64,000 bases of DNA from Hemiscyllium ocellatum (GCF_020745735.1 NC_083419.1:37036085-37100084); one strand, 5' to 3'. Shown: positions 48,869-62,336, counted from the first letter of the stretch. Numbers and translations are program-made. The notes: a model not told the origin generated them from the sequence alone.

Positions 48869-51800
48869 ACTGCTATTACTGTGTGTCATTGGTGAAAAGA
48901 ATGAATGTTTATGAATATTGTGCCAATTAACTGGACTGCTTTCCTGGATTATGTCAAGCTTCTTGAATGTTGTTGGAGCTGCTTTTATCCAAGAATGTGG
49001 AAGGTATTCAATTACATTTCTGACTTATGCCTGGTGGCTGGTGGGCAAGCTTTGGGAAATCAGGAGCTAAGTTACTTGCAGGATTCCTAGTTCTAACCTG
49101 CTCATTTAGCCACAGAAATAATGTGACTACTTCATTCAGTTTCTTGTCAATTGTCACCTCCTACGATAGTGGAGGATTCAGTGATGATAAAGCCGTTAAA
49201 TGTCTAGTGATGATGCTTAGATTCTCTTGTTAGAAATGACCGTTGCCTGGCACTTGCGTATCATGGATATCACTTGCCATTTATCAGCCCAAGCTTGAAG
49301 GCAGAGGAATGGCTGTTTGTTACAAATAAATAAATTCCAGCTACAGCTAAACAATTATTAGCCATTGTATAACTCAACTAATCAAAACTCTACAACTCTA
49401 ACTCACTTCTAAATTACACCCCTCCATCAACACACAGGCATCCATAACATTGCAGATAGGAAGATAAAAATATAGGCGGACAGAAGGCTGGGAAGGATAT
49501 TCAGTGGTCCCTGTTCACAGGATTCATCGAGATGGACCTTTTGGCTCATCAATATACCTTACTCTTTCATTCTCTGTCCAGATACTCTCACTTGCTTCCA
49601 GAAGGTACAGATTGGCTGGTTCTCACACAGTCTCTGACTTATTGGTTAAGAGCAACAGCTTACAGCTGTTACTGAGGGGAAAAAAGTAAACTGGCTTTCT
49701 TCAGGTTTAAGGTTTTTACTGCAGAGAAGAGAGACAGTTCTGCTCTTGCAGAAATGCAGTGACTTCTGATCCAAATATTCACACCGACAAGCTGTTCATC
49801 CACCTGGAAGCCAATCACAAGTTATTTGGAGGCAAAAAAGGCCTTTTTCGTCGATATCTGGTCACTGGTCTGTGGATTATTCAGCTACTTGTTGCTGGCC
49901 AATGCTGCATTCATATGCATTGCTTGGCACTAATTTGTTTGAATAAGATGTTATTTTCTCCAGTTTATCATTGCCTTTGATTCCTGCACAATTTAGTTAC
50001 TCTTAGCACCAATTTCATCCCTCTTTCTGGTTCAGTTGCAGGCTGAACCAGATTGTTGGTTTCCAGTTTCAGCCCAGATTTTATTAAAACCTTACTAAGT
50101 TTCCAACCTTGTAATACTCTCTGCATCGATCTCTGCTTCAACCAAACTGCAACTGTTTGAACCACCATACTTTTGTCACCTTTTAAATTTGATTATTCCA
50201 ATGGTTTCCTCACTGCACCTATAATTCTTTATCTGTAACATTTGAAGAACCTAGAATGGAAGCTGGAGGTGTTAAAGCAAGTTTCGTTAAAGGAAGTGGA
50301 TTGTTAAATGAGTTAATATCACTTGACTCAGGGGAATATGCAACTGCTATTATTGTAAAAAGGACTTTTTGTACTCCTCAAATGTGAAAGCTTGTTTACA
50401 GACCTTTGACACTAATTGAGAAATAGCAAAACACTAAACAAATCAAAAATTGTGCTAATAATATTGGTTAAAGTATTGAAACACTGGGACGATTAAAGGA
50501 TTGGTTGTGTACCTATAAGTCCAAAAATGTATGATGGAAATTTCGTGTATAAGTCTCATTGTTGGACCGAACTTTATTCTACTCAAAGTTATCCTATACA
50601 TTCTGTCCCTTTGTGACAGACTTCTCTTTCTCTTAAATCACATGACTAAGAATAAATTTCAACTAGCTTTAAAGAATTAGTATTGATGTTTGGTATAAAA
50701 AATTAGTTGTCACTCAAGCAGGTTTTGCTGTTCTGAAGTTAGCTTAAGTCAGGATTGTGCAAAGTACAAATTCTTTTTACTGAACCATGTTGACAGTTCT
50801 GATTTGTTTCATCTTTTGGGGTTTGAATGTTTATGTTGATAACTCCATTTTCTGCATATGGATGGTGCTCATGTAGCTTTGTTATTTTATACATCAAATT
50901 TGTTAACATCGTCTACCTCAGCTCAATAGATTTGCCAAATTTCTTTTGGTGCTACTCCAAACTATATTTATCATAGTTAAATCAGACTTCTTAAAGCTGT
51001 TATCGATTGGCAAACCTGATAGTAAATGTAGGAAATAATTCCCACTAATTCCTTGTGCCATTTTAAAAAAATATGTTTAGCATGGTGGTGGTTCATATTA
51101 TTGGTGGCATCAATATTTATGAAATTTCTCCAGATGCATAATCTTTCCAGCTAACTTGCCAGTTGAGCGTTGAAATTTACCTGAAATCCTGCTTCAACTG
51201 TGAACCAGGACAGAGCAAAAAGATGGTGAGAGAACATTGTAAGTTAAATTAACCAGATCTCAGCTGAAAAGGGAGAACTTGACTTTGATTAGAGTGATTG
51301 GCTACTAATGTCAGTTGGTATTTACTGTACAATTTGTTATAATTAGTTGATTTCCTGAGACAATGCTCACTGAACCAGAATAAGTTTGATGATTTTCACT
51401 TCCCCACTATGTAATTCTCTTTATGAATGTCTGTTATGTTAACTCTGATTCCACATTTAGATAAAAGCATTTGTGTCTGTAAATTAAATCTTACACAAAT
51501 GATTTAAGTGTAGTGTAAATGTAGCTTATGTTGGTTTTTGCTTTGACTCATTTTTAAAAATGTCTTATGTTTTTGTAAAATACCAGAATTTGTGTCTATC
51601 CTGTAGTTGTAATCAATGTATTTGTGACCTCTTTGCCACAGTGGAGGTTATGCACTTTTACAAAAGACTATGGGACAATGTAGTAGAACTACTGCTGCAG
51701 GAAGAAAGCAGAGACAGTAACCACAACCATAAGGAAAGCAATGAATAACAATTTGGGAGCGGTTTTTAAAAAAAAAACTGGTACTTGACAGTCCCAGGCA

Positions 51801-51984
51801 GAAATTGAGATGGATAAGCAGGTGCAAAATAGCCCCTTTCTTCATTTGTATGCCATAACATCCCGCTATTGCTTTCAAACTGGAAGGCATTGAGAACTTT
51901 GAAAGTTTAAGACAAACCTATTCTCTGTCATTAATTTTCCATTCTAAGGAAAATCGCATTGAGTGGCAATTTTCCACCCAGTGC

Positions 51985-54410
51985 AGGTTTCTAACACCCC
52001 AATCCGATGACTGCTCAGTGCAAGTAGCAGCAACAGAGCGAAGGCCTCTAGGGTGGTAATTTCGTGATTACTTCCTGTGCCACATGTCAGTGAGGCTGTG
52101 AATAGGAAGGTAGTACGTTTAAATATCTGGCTGAAGAACTGGTGTAGGAGGGAGGGCATCTCGTACATGGATCATCAAGATGTCTTCCAGGGCAGGTGGG
52201 ACCTGTATAAGAAAGAAGGTTGCACTTAAACTGGACGGGCATCAATATCCTGGGAGGGAGTTTTGCTAGTGCCATTCAGGAGGGTTTGAACTAGTGTCGC
52301 GGCAGGGGCGGGAATCAGAGCAATAGGTTAGCATGTAAAATGACCAAGGGGAAGTCAGACCGAGGGCAGTCAGACAAAGATGAAGAATAAGCAGGGAGAG
52401 GTTATTGACTACAATACAATCTGCGGTGTGGAAAAAGTGAGGATTGCAGATGGTGGCGATCAGAGCTGAAAATGTGTTGCTGGAAAAGCGCAGCAGGTCA
52501 GGCAGCATCCAAGGAGCAAGAAAAGTGATGTTTCGGGCATGAGCCCTTCTTCAGGAATGATAGTCCAAGGAGCATGCCCGAAACGTCGATTCTCCTGCTC
52601 CTTGGATGCTGCCTGACCTGCTGCACTTTTCCTGCAACACATTCACAATCTGTGGTGTATTTATTTTAATGTGAGGATTGTGGCAGATAATATAGATGAT
52701 CCTAGAGCTTGGATTAATCCATGTAATTATGGTATAGCTATTAAAGAGACTTGGTTGAGAAAGAGACAAGACTTGCAGCTTAACATTCCAGGATTTATAT
52801 GTTTCAGGTGTGATGGAGAGGGATGTAAAAGAGGTGGAGGAGTTGCATTACTGATCAGGGAGAATATCACACCTGTTCTGGGGGAGGACACCTGGCATCA
52901 CACAAACAGCGAGGCCATATGGGTAGAGCTTAGGAATAGGAAGGATGCAATCACTTTGAGATTGTACTACAGGCATCCCAACAGCCAGCAGGTAAGAGGA
53001 ACAAATTGTAAAAAGAGGGTTCTTTGAGTCATTTTAACTTCCCCTGTATTGACTGCGTCACTTACTGTCAGGGATTTGGGTGGGGGAGAATTTGATAGGT
53101 GTAACCAGGAAGGTGTTTTGAAACCATATGTAAATTGTTGAACTAGGGAATGGGCCATACTGGTATTGGGGAATGAGCCCAGCAGGTGTTTACTTTTTCA
53201 GTGAGGGAACTTTTTGTGAAACCATGTGTCCATAATTCCGTAAGTTTGAAGTTACTTACGGATAAAGATAAGAGTAGTCCTTGGGTGAAAATATTAAATT
53301 GAGGGAAGGCTAACTATCACGATATTGGACAGGATCTGGGAAATGTAGTTTGGAAGTGATTGTTTGAAAGTCAATCCTCATCTGGCATGTAGGAATCCCA
53401 TTAAGACTAGAGTTCAGGGCCAGCATGTTCCTGTGAAAATAAAGAATAAAGATGGCAAGATTTGGGAACCTCGGATGATGAGAAATTGAGACTTTGGTTG
53501 AAACAAAAGAAAAGCATATATTAAGAAATTGAAGATAGACCGAGCCCTCAAAGAATACCAAGATACCAGGAAAGAACTCAAAACAGTGAACTAGGAGAGC
53601 TAGAAGGAGCCATGAAATGTTCTCTGCAAACAGGATTAAGGAAAATCCCAAGGTATGTTATCCATAAAGAACAAGAGGGTAGCTCAGGAAAGGTAAGGTC
53701 CTCTCAATGACAATGGAGGGAATTTGCATTGTGGAGCCGGAAGAAGTGGATGAGATCCTTAATGAATACTTTGCATCAGTTTTCACAAAGGAGAAGGCTG
53801 TGGTGAGTCATATGTTGATATTCTGGGGCATGTCAATGTTAAAAAGGTGCTGGGTGTTTTTAAAAAGCACTAAGGTAGACAAGTCCCCAGGACCTGCTGG
53901 GATCTATCCCAGGATGTGAAGAAAGGCAAGTAAGGAAATTGCTGGAGCCTTATATGAATCGTTGTATCTTTATTAGTCACAGGAGAGGTCTCGGAGGACT
54001 GGAGAATAGCTTAAGTTGTTCCTTTGCTTACGAAAGGCACGAAATAGCAGCCCAATGTGCCTTACATCAGTGGTAAGGAAATTATTGAAGGCATTCTTGG
54101 GGATAGGATGTACTCACATTTGGAAAAAATATGGGCTTAATAACAATAGGCAGTGTGGCTTTGTGTTTCGCAAACTTGATCGAGTTTTTTGAGGAAGTGA
54201 CAAAGATAATTGAGTGACTCCACTTTGAGAGAACCGTGCACCTGAACTCTAAGGTCCCTCTGTTCCACCACACTCCTTAAGGCCCTTCCATTCGCAATGA
54301 AACTCCTATCTTGATTTGACTTTCCAAAGTGCAAGACCTCATACTTATCTGTATTAAACTCCATTTGCCACTTCTCGGCTCACTTCCCCAGCTGATCAAC
54401 ATCCTGCTGC
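51985..54410 (+). mobile_element. Decayed CR1 (ORF1 end, endonuclease, start of RT) joined at about 54209 to an inverted 200-bp CR1 RT segment
   Basis: ETWL...KRGGGVALLIRE, KSPGPAGIYPRM and EFFEEVTK on +; MEFNTDKYEVLHFG...RDLRVQVHGSLKVES on -. Confidence 0.85.
52430..52644. mobile_element. Family A Penelope-type fold-back inserted in the CR1; 14-bp TSD
   Basis: Inverted arms 52471-52541 and 52573-52643; ACAATCTG(C/T)GGTGT at 52416-52429 and 52645-52658. Confidence 0.85.
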
Positions 54411-55911
54411 AAAATCAACAATAGACCATACTGGGGGTAACATATTTGAGAAGGATTTTAGAATGCAGTTGACGTAGTTAGGAGTCAGGATTTTATTTAG
54501 AATGAATATTTAATTATTTTTGCTGCATTATGGAGGAATTTTGCCTGTAAGATTCTCTGATTTGTCAAACAATCATTGTGAATAGTTTTTGTTGCGTAAG
54601 CTGGTAGACTAATATTTTTCTTCATTGGTGTGAAACTGGGCTATGTCAATAGAATATAACTTCATTCTTAAAGGTTACAGGGAACACATTGCTCTTTGTA
54701 TAATTCCAACCATTTTTGTTTCAGATGTGTTTTAGAAGTAGATTTTGTCCATTATATAATTATAAATTGGATTGCAGGTAAATTGTATAAATTTGAATCA
54801 TGTTCATGGTCACACAGGTTTTGGTTTACTTTATTAGCTGAGATCAATGTTTTTCAATCATACCTGTGCACTTAAGCCATAGAATTTAAAATGTAAGTAT
54901 TGTTATCCATTTTGAGATAATGGTAACCTGTCCTTTTATATTAGTGGAGGAATATGGCTAGTAAGTGTTCAGTATAAAACATTGGCCCAGATTTTACCAT
55001 CAGCGGAGTGGCTGTAATCACCACTTATCTCAAAGAAACCTTGTTGCAAAAATCTAGTTATCTTTGTCACGGCAATTTCCCCTCTCTGCTGGCTTGATTC
55101 TCTGATTTCCAGACAGTGGTGTCATCAAGCATTGAAAAAACTATCAAGCTAATATGAAATATGGACTATTGATCTTTAAATGTTAGTGACTAACTGAAAA
55201 GCTTTGTACTTTAGATTGAAAAGAAACAATTAAAAATCAGCTGGAGGACAAAAGATAGCTGACCTGAATGTAGTCAAGCTTAACAAAAGTTTACAAAGGA
55301 ATAACATTGTTGAAACTGTCTATCATCCCCTGAAAATGCAACCCAAGGTAATTAATAACATTCAATATCTGGAATGAGACCTTAAAATGATTCTGGACAA
55401 ATGAAACTTTTCGACTACAGGTAATGCTGGAACAAAGACTCAAAACTGAGACACATTATGCAAAGACAATTGAAATCACCCCATATATATATATCAAATG
55501 GTAGCAGGAAAAATCTGACAATGAATCATCAAAACTCTGTTAAAAATGAATTGATGCCAATGTGGGCCAACAGCCAGAGTTCACATCTCAAAGCCTTCCC
55601 CCTGTGAGAAGTCATGATTATAAGCTTGTACTTTTTGCTACTGAAGGTGTAACATCAAGAAGGAAGACTCTGTCTTTGGAAGTGGTGTGCCTGGTTCAAC
55701 AAAAGCAACTGAAAACCGACTGCAAAGTGTTTTTAAAACATAGAAATCTGCTCCTGTACAACTACGTTAAGAACAACTGAACTATTTCCACTTGACTATC
55801 TGATCAGAAATTCAAGATCAACAGTGGAACATATGATTCCTTTATGTGAGACCTTTAATTGTTTTTCAATTCCACCTCCTCTCACCTTATACCTTGTTCT
55901 ATTTACTTGCA

Positions 55912-56135
55912 GTGGAAAAGCGTGGTACCAGAAAAGAACAGCAGGTCAGGCAGCATCCGAGGCTCAGGAGAGTGGACGTTTCGGGTATACGCCCTTCAGG
56001 AATTTCTTGATGAAGGGCTTATGCCCAAAACATTGACTCTCCTGCTTCTCGGATGCTACCTGACCTGCTGTGCTTTTCCAACACCACACTTTTCGACTCT
56101 GATTCTCCATCATCTGCAAACCACTTCTCTGTTTG
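55912..56135. mobile_element. Family A Penelope-type fold-back; 10-bp TSD
   Basis: Inverted arms around 56003; TTTACTTGCA at 55902-55911 and 56136-56145. Confidence 0.82.
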
Positions 56136-56939
56136 TTTACTTGCATGCTATTGTGTGTATGTTGTGAAACTCAGGACAAGTTTTACCTTTATTGTAATGT
56201 TTATATTTATAATGGAGTGAGTTTGCATTTGCATTTGATTACATAATTAGATCAGTCTCACCTGTCTCTTAATAACTCTAATAATTGGCTAATTACACAG
56301 TGAATTTGGGGAAAAGCATATCTGTTTAAAAATTCAAACTATTATTGAAAGTTCTGGAGAGAAAAGAGATGAATTTATTCATCCCTCTCAACATGATAGT
56401 AACAGAGCCAGTCACATTGAAGTATTCACATAGACAACAAACCAGGCAATAAAATGCACTGATGATTATTCATTTATTAATAGATTTTACAAGAGGGCAA
56501 AATAAATGTTTGAGACATTCGCATAAAATTAGGGTAAAAGTTGAACTACTTAAATTTCCAATTTATTTCCTTTTTTTATCCTGGAGAAGTTTGTTATTTT
56601 ACAAATGTTTTTCAGAGTAGTGATCTAAACATCCATAGCATCATAAGTTGCTTTCAGTTTCAAAGCAACGACAGTGAAAGCTGACAGCAGTGACCAGGAA
56701 GCTATTGCAATATCCAAACTACTAAAGCATACACTGTATAAATTTTAAAATGCCATGCAATGTTTTTTGTGCAGAGACGCTCACTTTTTATTCTATTAAA
56801 GTATAGCTTTTATTTTGCAGCCTTATATAACATTTTTGACATTATTTCCTTATTTTCAGCATGTGCTAATGGAATTTAACATGTTTGCAGATTGAATTTA
56901 TGAAGCTGAAAGTGAAAGTTCCTGAATGTATATCTGAAG

Positions 56940-57045
56940 ATGAGGCGATTAAATAAGAAGAGAGCATTGAATTTAGTGAAGGAGCTTGATGCCTTTCCCA
57001 AGATTCCTGAAAGTTATATTGAAACTTCCGCAAGCGGTGGAACAG
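56940..57045 (+). CDS. ERGIC2: ER-Golgi intermediate compartment protein 2 (Erv41 homolog), coding exon 1
   Basis: MRRLNKKRALNLVKELDAFPKIPESYIETSASGGT; acceptor ttgcag| at 56890; donor G|GT at 57045/57046. Confidence 0.96.
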
Positions 57046-57151
57046 GTGCTTTCAGTTTAGCATCCTGACTAACTAGCATATTTAATTTTTAATTGAACAT
57101 AGTTGCATTTTATTTCTTAACATATTAACTGTGATAATTATTTCTTTACAG

Positions 57152-57260
57152 TTTCTTTAATTGCCTTTACCACCATTGCTCTATTGTCTATTATGGAGTT
57201 TTTTGTGTATTGTGACACATGGATGAAGTATGATTATGAAGTAGACAAAGATTTTGCCAG
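57152..57260 (+). CDS. ERGIC2: ERGIC2 coding exon 2 (TM1)
   Basis: VSLIAFTTIALLSIMEFFVYCDTWMKYDYEVDKDFAS; AG/GT boundaries, phases consistent. Confidence 0.96.
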
Positions 57261-58081
57261 GTGATTATTTGACTTGTTTATTTTTGAGAGCTTTTGTGTG
57301 TTCCGTTTCACAGTTCAGTGACTCCACAGGATACATATCTGGGATTTTCTATGGTGTCTTTTGCAGCTGCAATATTGGGCATTTCCAAGTTTTAAGTGAC
57401 CACACAGATGACTGAGGGTGGAGATCGATTAACAAATCAAAAGATCTGTAAAACTACAAAACCTACAAAAAATAATTGTGACATTTGGTTTTTAGAAAAA
57501 ATCTGCTTTTGGAAAATCAGTTGCTACTAATGATGACCTTATGCATGCATTTTAGGTTTTCAATCCTCCTGTAGAGTAGCATCAAGCTGAACGTGTTGAA
57601 CATTCTGCAGGTCTTGAAAGAGAGGGAAGTGGGTTTGAGAATTTGTGTGAGAGGCAGACCAAGTCCAAAATGAGTAAGGAGACAAGAGGATGGTGGCATT
57701 GGAGTTGAGTGGCTAGGACTATGGAAAATATGGACAGAACTGATATTTGGAATCAGTCTTTTTTAAAACAAGTGTCTGGGCAGACTAAGAGACCAGATGT
57801 GAATTGAATGTTTACAATGCTGGATTCTGTTTTTCCTTTCTGAAGTATGATCTCTGCTGACTATATGGCAAATCCAATATGTTGTGCTTGTTATATTAAT
57901 AAGTATTTTTGGAAATTGCCATCATTACACTCTTAAAATTGCAAAATTATTAATTTATACTTCTGGGTCTTCTTTGCATTGCTCAAGCTTTTAGAGAAAA
58001 TGTCCCCAAAAGTTGATGACTTTTGGAAATTACTTCAATTTTATTGAAGCAATAATTTTAAATTCTTCTTTTATCTTGCAG

Positions 58082-58128
58082 CAAACTGCGAATCAATTTA
58101 GATATAACAGTTTCAATGAAATGTCATT
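58082..58128 (+). CDS. ERGIC2: ERGIC2 coding exon 3
   Basis: KLRINLDITVSMKCH; cttgcag| ... |GTAAGT. Confidence 0.95.
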
Positions 58129-59489
58129 GTAAGTATTTACCATTGTCAATATTTTCTTGGCTTGCATCCCTTGGTTTCAACCTTATTATATGATGTTCCC
58201 ACGTGCTTGGTGTTATTTTCCTTCTCGGTAGCAAAATGGAAGTGTATTATGCTGCTGTTGAGGAACACATGGCAGGTTTTGCAGCATATCTTATATATAG
58301 TATGCACTGATCTGAGGAAGAATGAAAAGACAAATAGTTTAAGAAACTGCCATCTCTTTTTTCATGCACCAACTCTCCCTGCCTTGGATCAATTGGAACA
58401 GCATCTCCAAAATTGTGATCTTAATATGAGGATATAGATTAGTAATGCAGAAAAGCCAAGAAGCAAAGAAGAATAAAAGTATTTATTTGTAGAGAGGACC
58501 CAATTTCAGCAAATTGACAGATCTGGTAATTTGCAATGAAAAGCTGTGATGCAGAAATGTAATAGAGAATTGGTTGATCCTTAAAGAGGAGACAGTTGTG
58601 TGCAATCTAAACATGGGAAAGTCGGGGCCCTTAAAGCCAGAGCCTCCTGGATGGTATGAAGTAAAAGAAAATGGGGAGAGGCAATGATATATTATTACTA
58701 GTTATCCAGAGACAGGGGCACGAGAAATGATGGAATTTGAATTAAATTGATAAAACAAACTGGAATTGAAAGAAAAAGCTGATCTAAGGATGACCATGAA
58801 AATGTCGTTGTCATTTATTTAAAAATGGTGGACTAATTTGTTTTAGGGAAAGAAGATTAACTACCTTCATCTAGCCTACACTTGAGATCCACAGTAATGT
58901 GGTTGTCTTTAACTGCCCTGCTGAAGTAGCCTAATAAACCAGTCAGCTGTATTTAACTGCTAGAAAGTCTGATTAAAGGAATGAAACTGGATGGGCCACC
59001 TGGCATTTTTCAATAGCACGCAGCTCTGTGGACCCTCCAAAGTCGTCCTCACTAGGATCTAGCACTTCTACCAAAATTTGGTGTGTTGTCCCACTGACTA
59101 ATCAAGCAATAGAGTGACATAGCCGTTCTGTCAGAAACATTCCTTGCATATATTACCATTACCATCCCCGAGTCTGTTCAGCCCCCTAAGATGGGAGTTG
59201 TGCTGGGAATCCTTAACATTGACTCTGGATTTCATGAAGTCTACTTGATTACAGCCTACTGCCTCTCATTCAGCTAATGAATCAGTTCTCACCATGTTGA
59301 ACACTATTTGGGGAAGCACAGAGGTTGTCAAGGGCCTGGATGAGTGCAACTGCAACAACATTCAAGAAACTTGACACCATCCAGGATAAAGCAGCTCACA
59401 TGATTGAAAACCCACCTAAGACGTATCTAGTTAATGTTAAAAAGGGTTCCAAAGGCCTTCTGTAGAAGTATTTAGAGTAATGAGGAGGG

Positions 59490-60640
59490 GGATAATAGTC
59501 ACTCGACTGATTTCTGGAATTAAACATTATGAGGAAGTATTGAACAGTTTGTATCAGTATCTATTGGACTTTGGCAAAACTTTGAAACTTGGAGGTTCCT
59601 GAGGCGACATGTCAAGATAATGCGGGGGAACAAGTTTTCACTTATAGGCAAGGCTAGAAATAGAGGACACAGTTTGCAAATAAGAACTTTCCCACTCAAG
59701 ATGAAGATGAGAGTGTCTTTAAGTGTTGTTAGTCTGTGAAATTCACTACCTGAAACAGCAGAGAATGCTAGGTCATTGAATAAATTGAAGCAGAGTAGAA
59801 TGTTGCTTGATTGATAAGGGAGTCAAGTAATAAGGGACAGATAGAAAAGTGGAGTTGAGGCCACACTCAGATTATCTATGATTTTATCACATGATGGCGC
59901 AGGCTCAAGTGGCTGAATAGTGTAATCAAACTGCTACTTCATTTACCAGTTATGGATCAAATGGAGATAAATTGGTGTAGGCAAAAGACCATAGTTGCAG
60001 TAGCAAAAGAGTATTTAGCAGTGTTAACTAAGAAAGAGGACTTCAGAAAATTCCAGTACATGAACAAGTTGTCAGTATATTGTGTGTAATAGAAATAATG
60101 TAGAAAACTGGCAGGACTTCATGTAAAAAAGTTAATTTCCTCAGCAAGGACTAATTAAAATGAGTAGAATTTGCAGGGGTGCTGACCACAACGTTTCAGT
60201 TCCCCATAGGTTACAAAGGTGGTACCCAGAGAGCTGAAGAGTTAGAAATGTTGCAGCCTTGCTGCAAAAAGGGTATGAAGCTGAAATTTCCAATTATGGA
60301 ACAGTCAATGTAATGTCTGTGATGGGGATGCATTTGGAAACTAGTACCCTGAAGAAAATTGACACAAATTTCGACTTGGATTAACCTAATAAGGGAAATC
60401 CAGCACAAATTCGTTGAAAGCAAATCATGCTTCATTACCTTTAAGTTTCTTCGTGAGGTAAAGGTTGCAATTTGGGCAGTGCAGTTGATGTGCATATAGA
60501 CTTTCAAAAGTCATTTAATGAAGTACAACATATTGGGCCTGTGGAACAATTGAAACAGAATTGATTCCGAGTTAGAAAAGAATTTTGGGAAATAGCTCTT
60601 TTTCAGACTGGAAGAATATTTACATTGATTTTCCCCAGGA
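59490..60640 (+). mobile_element. Old decayed CR1 fragments
   Basis: CR1 3' end-like 59490-59940 and RT-like 60150-60640 (ggcaaatcatg-like, gcagttgatgtgcatatagactttcaaaag). Confidence 0.6.
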
Positions 60641-61346
60641 CTCTGAAAGAAGGTCACCTGCAAGTAATGAATAACCATTTGTGGTAACTTAACAAGTCAA
60701 CAAATAATTAAGTTCCGTGATCAGAGGCAAACTATAATTTGCAAGCCTCTGCAGCAAGAATATCATAGTAGTTGACTGGAGAAAGTTAGTGCTCCAGAAA
60801 GCCTTCATGGTTACCCTCCCCCTTCCCCCACACCCTTTCCCATTTTTCTAGCCAGATCTGTGACTGTCAGGCCTCCTTTTATGGAGGGTCGATTTTCCAT
60901 GACTTGTAAATACTGAAAGGGTGCCTTAAAATGGAAACTCCCTGTCACCTGTAATGGCAGGTTGCAGCAGCTTCTGTGGGACTGGCCAGTTTCTAGAGTC
61001 CACCCACTATCTTTAATTGGGGGGGGTTAGCATGCCACGAATTGGCCACTGCAGGCAAAATCCATGGCAATCTTGTCCCCAGTGTTGGGAGGAAACAACA
61101 ATATTTGACCTCAATATTGGGGTCCTAAACAAAAATGTAAAAGCCAACTCCTAGTTCTAAACTTTAATTTTCCTAAAGTGAGTACTAGAGCATTTTAACA
61201 ATGTACAGACAGAACCGCAGTATTCAGGACATCCGATACATTGAAACATCCTGCTCTAGCTGTAAATATTAAGCTTGTTAATTATATTTGATTGAATATG
61301 GCCTTATGTAAACAATAACTGAAATAATCCTTTTATTTTTAAACAG

Positions 61347-61417
61347 ATATTGGTGCAGATGTCCTAGACTTAGCTGAAACTATGGTGGCAGCTTCAGAAG
61401 GGCTAAAATATGAACCA
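61347..61417 (+). CDS. ERGIC2: ERGIC2 coding exon 4
   Basis: YIGADVLDLAETMVAASEGLKYEP; aaacag| ... |GTATGT. Confidence 0.95.
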
Positions 61418-61631
61418 GTATGTATAGTTGTTTAAAGTTGCTCTTCTGATAGTTATGGAATTGATGTGTAATGGCCACTTTGCTGTTAAGGCTTTTGCCT
61501 TAGATTTTCTCGTGGATACAGTTGTAATAATATTCTTGTAGACAACGTACATTTTTTCATTCAGTTGTGTGTCCATACTGCGCAGCAGCTTAACTATCCT
61601 AGCTGTGCAAGAATAGCACAGTAACTATTAA

Positions 61632-61940
61632 GGGTGGCACGGTGGCTCAGTGGTTAGCACTGCTGCACTCACAGTGCTAGGGACTCAGGTTCAGTTCCAG
61701 CTTCGGACGACTGTGTGGAATCTGCACATTCTTCGAGCCTGTGTAGGTTTCCTCCGATGCTCCGGTTTCCTCCCACAGTCCAAAGACTTATAGGTCAGGT
61801 GAATTGACTATGCTAAATTGTCCATAGTGTCAGGTGCATTAGTCAGAGGGAAACGGGTCTGGGTGGGTTACTCTTTGGAGGGTCAATGTGGACTTGTTGG
61901 GCCAAAGGGCCTGTTTCCACACTGTAGGGAATCTAATCTA
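61632..61940 (+). mobile_element. HE1-type V-SINE in an ERGIC2 intron
   Basis: A box TGGCTCAGTGG, B-box-like GGTTCAGTTCC, V domain GGTTTCCTCCGATGCTCCGGTTTCCTCCCACAGTCCAAAGA, tail AATCT repeat. Confidence 0.92.
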
Positions 61941-62336
61941 GCCTGGTGTCCACATGCTCCTGTCAGCTCTTTGGAGGCAGCCTGAGGAAACAATGATGCA
62001 CATTGTTCCTTAGTTGAGAATTTGAAGATTTAACTTTCACCTAAGGTTTTGGCAAAACCGCAGTCAAGCTGTTTGACAGAAGGTTACATACCTTAGTCTT
62101 CAACTCTTTTTGTTGCGAGAATGTCTGTTGTCATGTATATCCAAGTACAGGGGCTTTCATTCCTTGTGGCATCATTTTCATTTTCATCCTAGCTCGATTA
62201 TCAAAATTATCTTGTGCAATCTTAAAGGAATGGCTTTCAAAAAATTCTTTATGGCTATGAATTTCAGACTTTATAGTCTTCTATGAAATCCTAAATATTG
62301 ACAGTTTTGTGTTTTTCTTTTAACAAAAACTTGCAG

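Noticed and set aside
60770-61150. Harbinger-like MITE (also a possible terminus near 54985)
   Set aside because: GC-richer block with a small hairpin at about 61098-61120, but paired TIRs and a TSD could not be demonstrated
61632-61710. tRNA gene (also about 35930-36006)
   Set aside because: The A/B boxes are the tRNA-derived head of a V-SINE, continuous with the V domain and LINE-like tail; no complete cloverleaf
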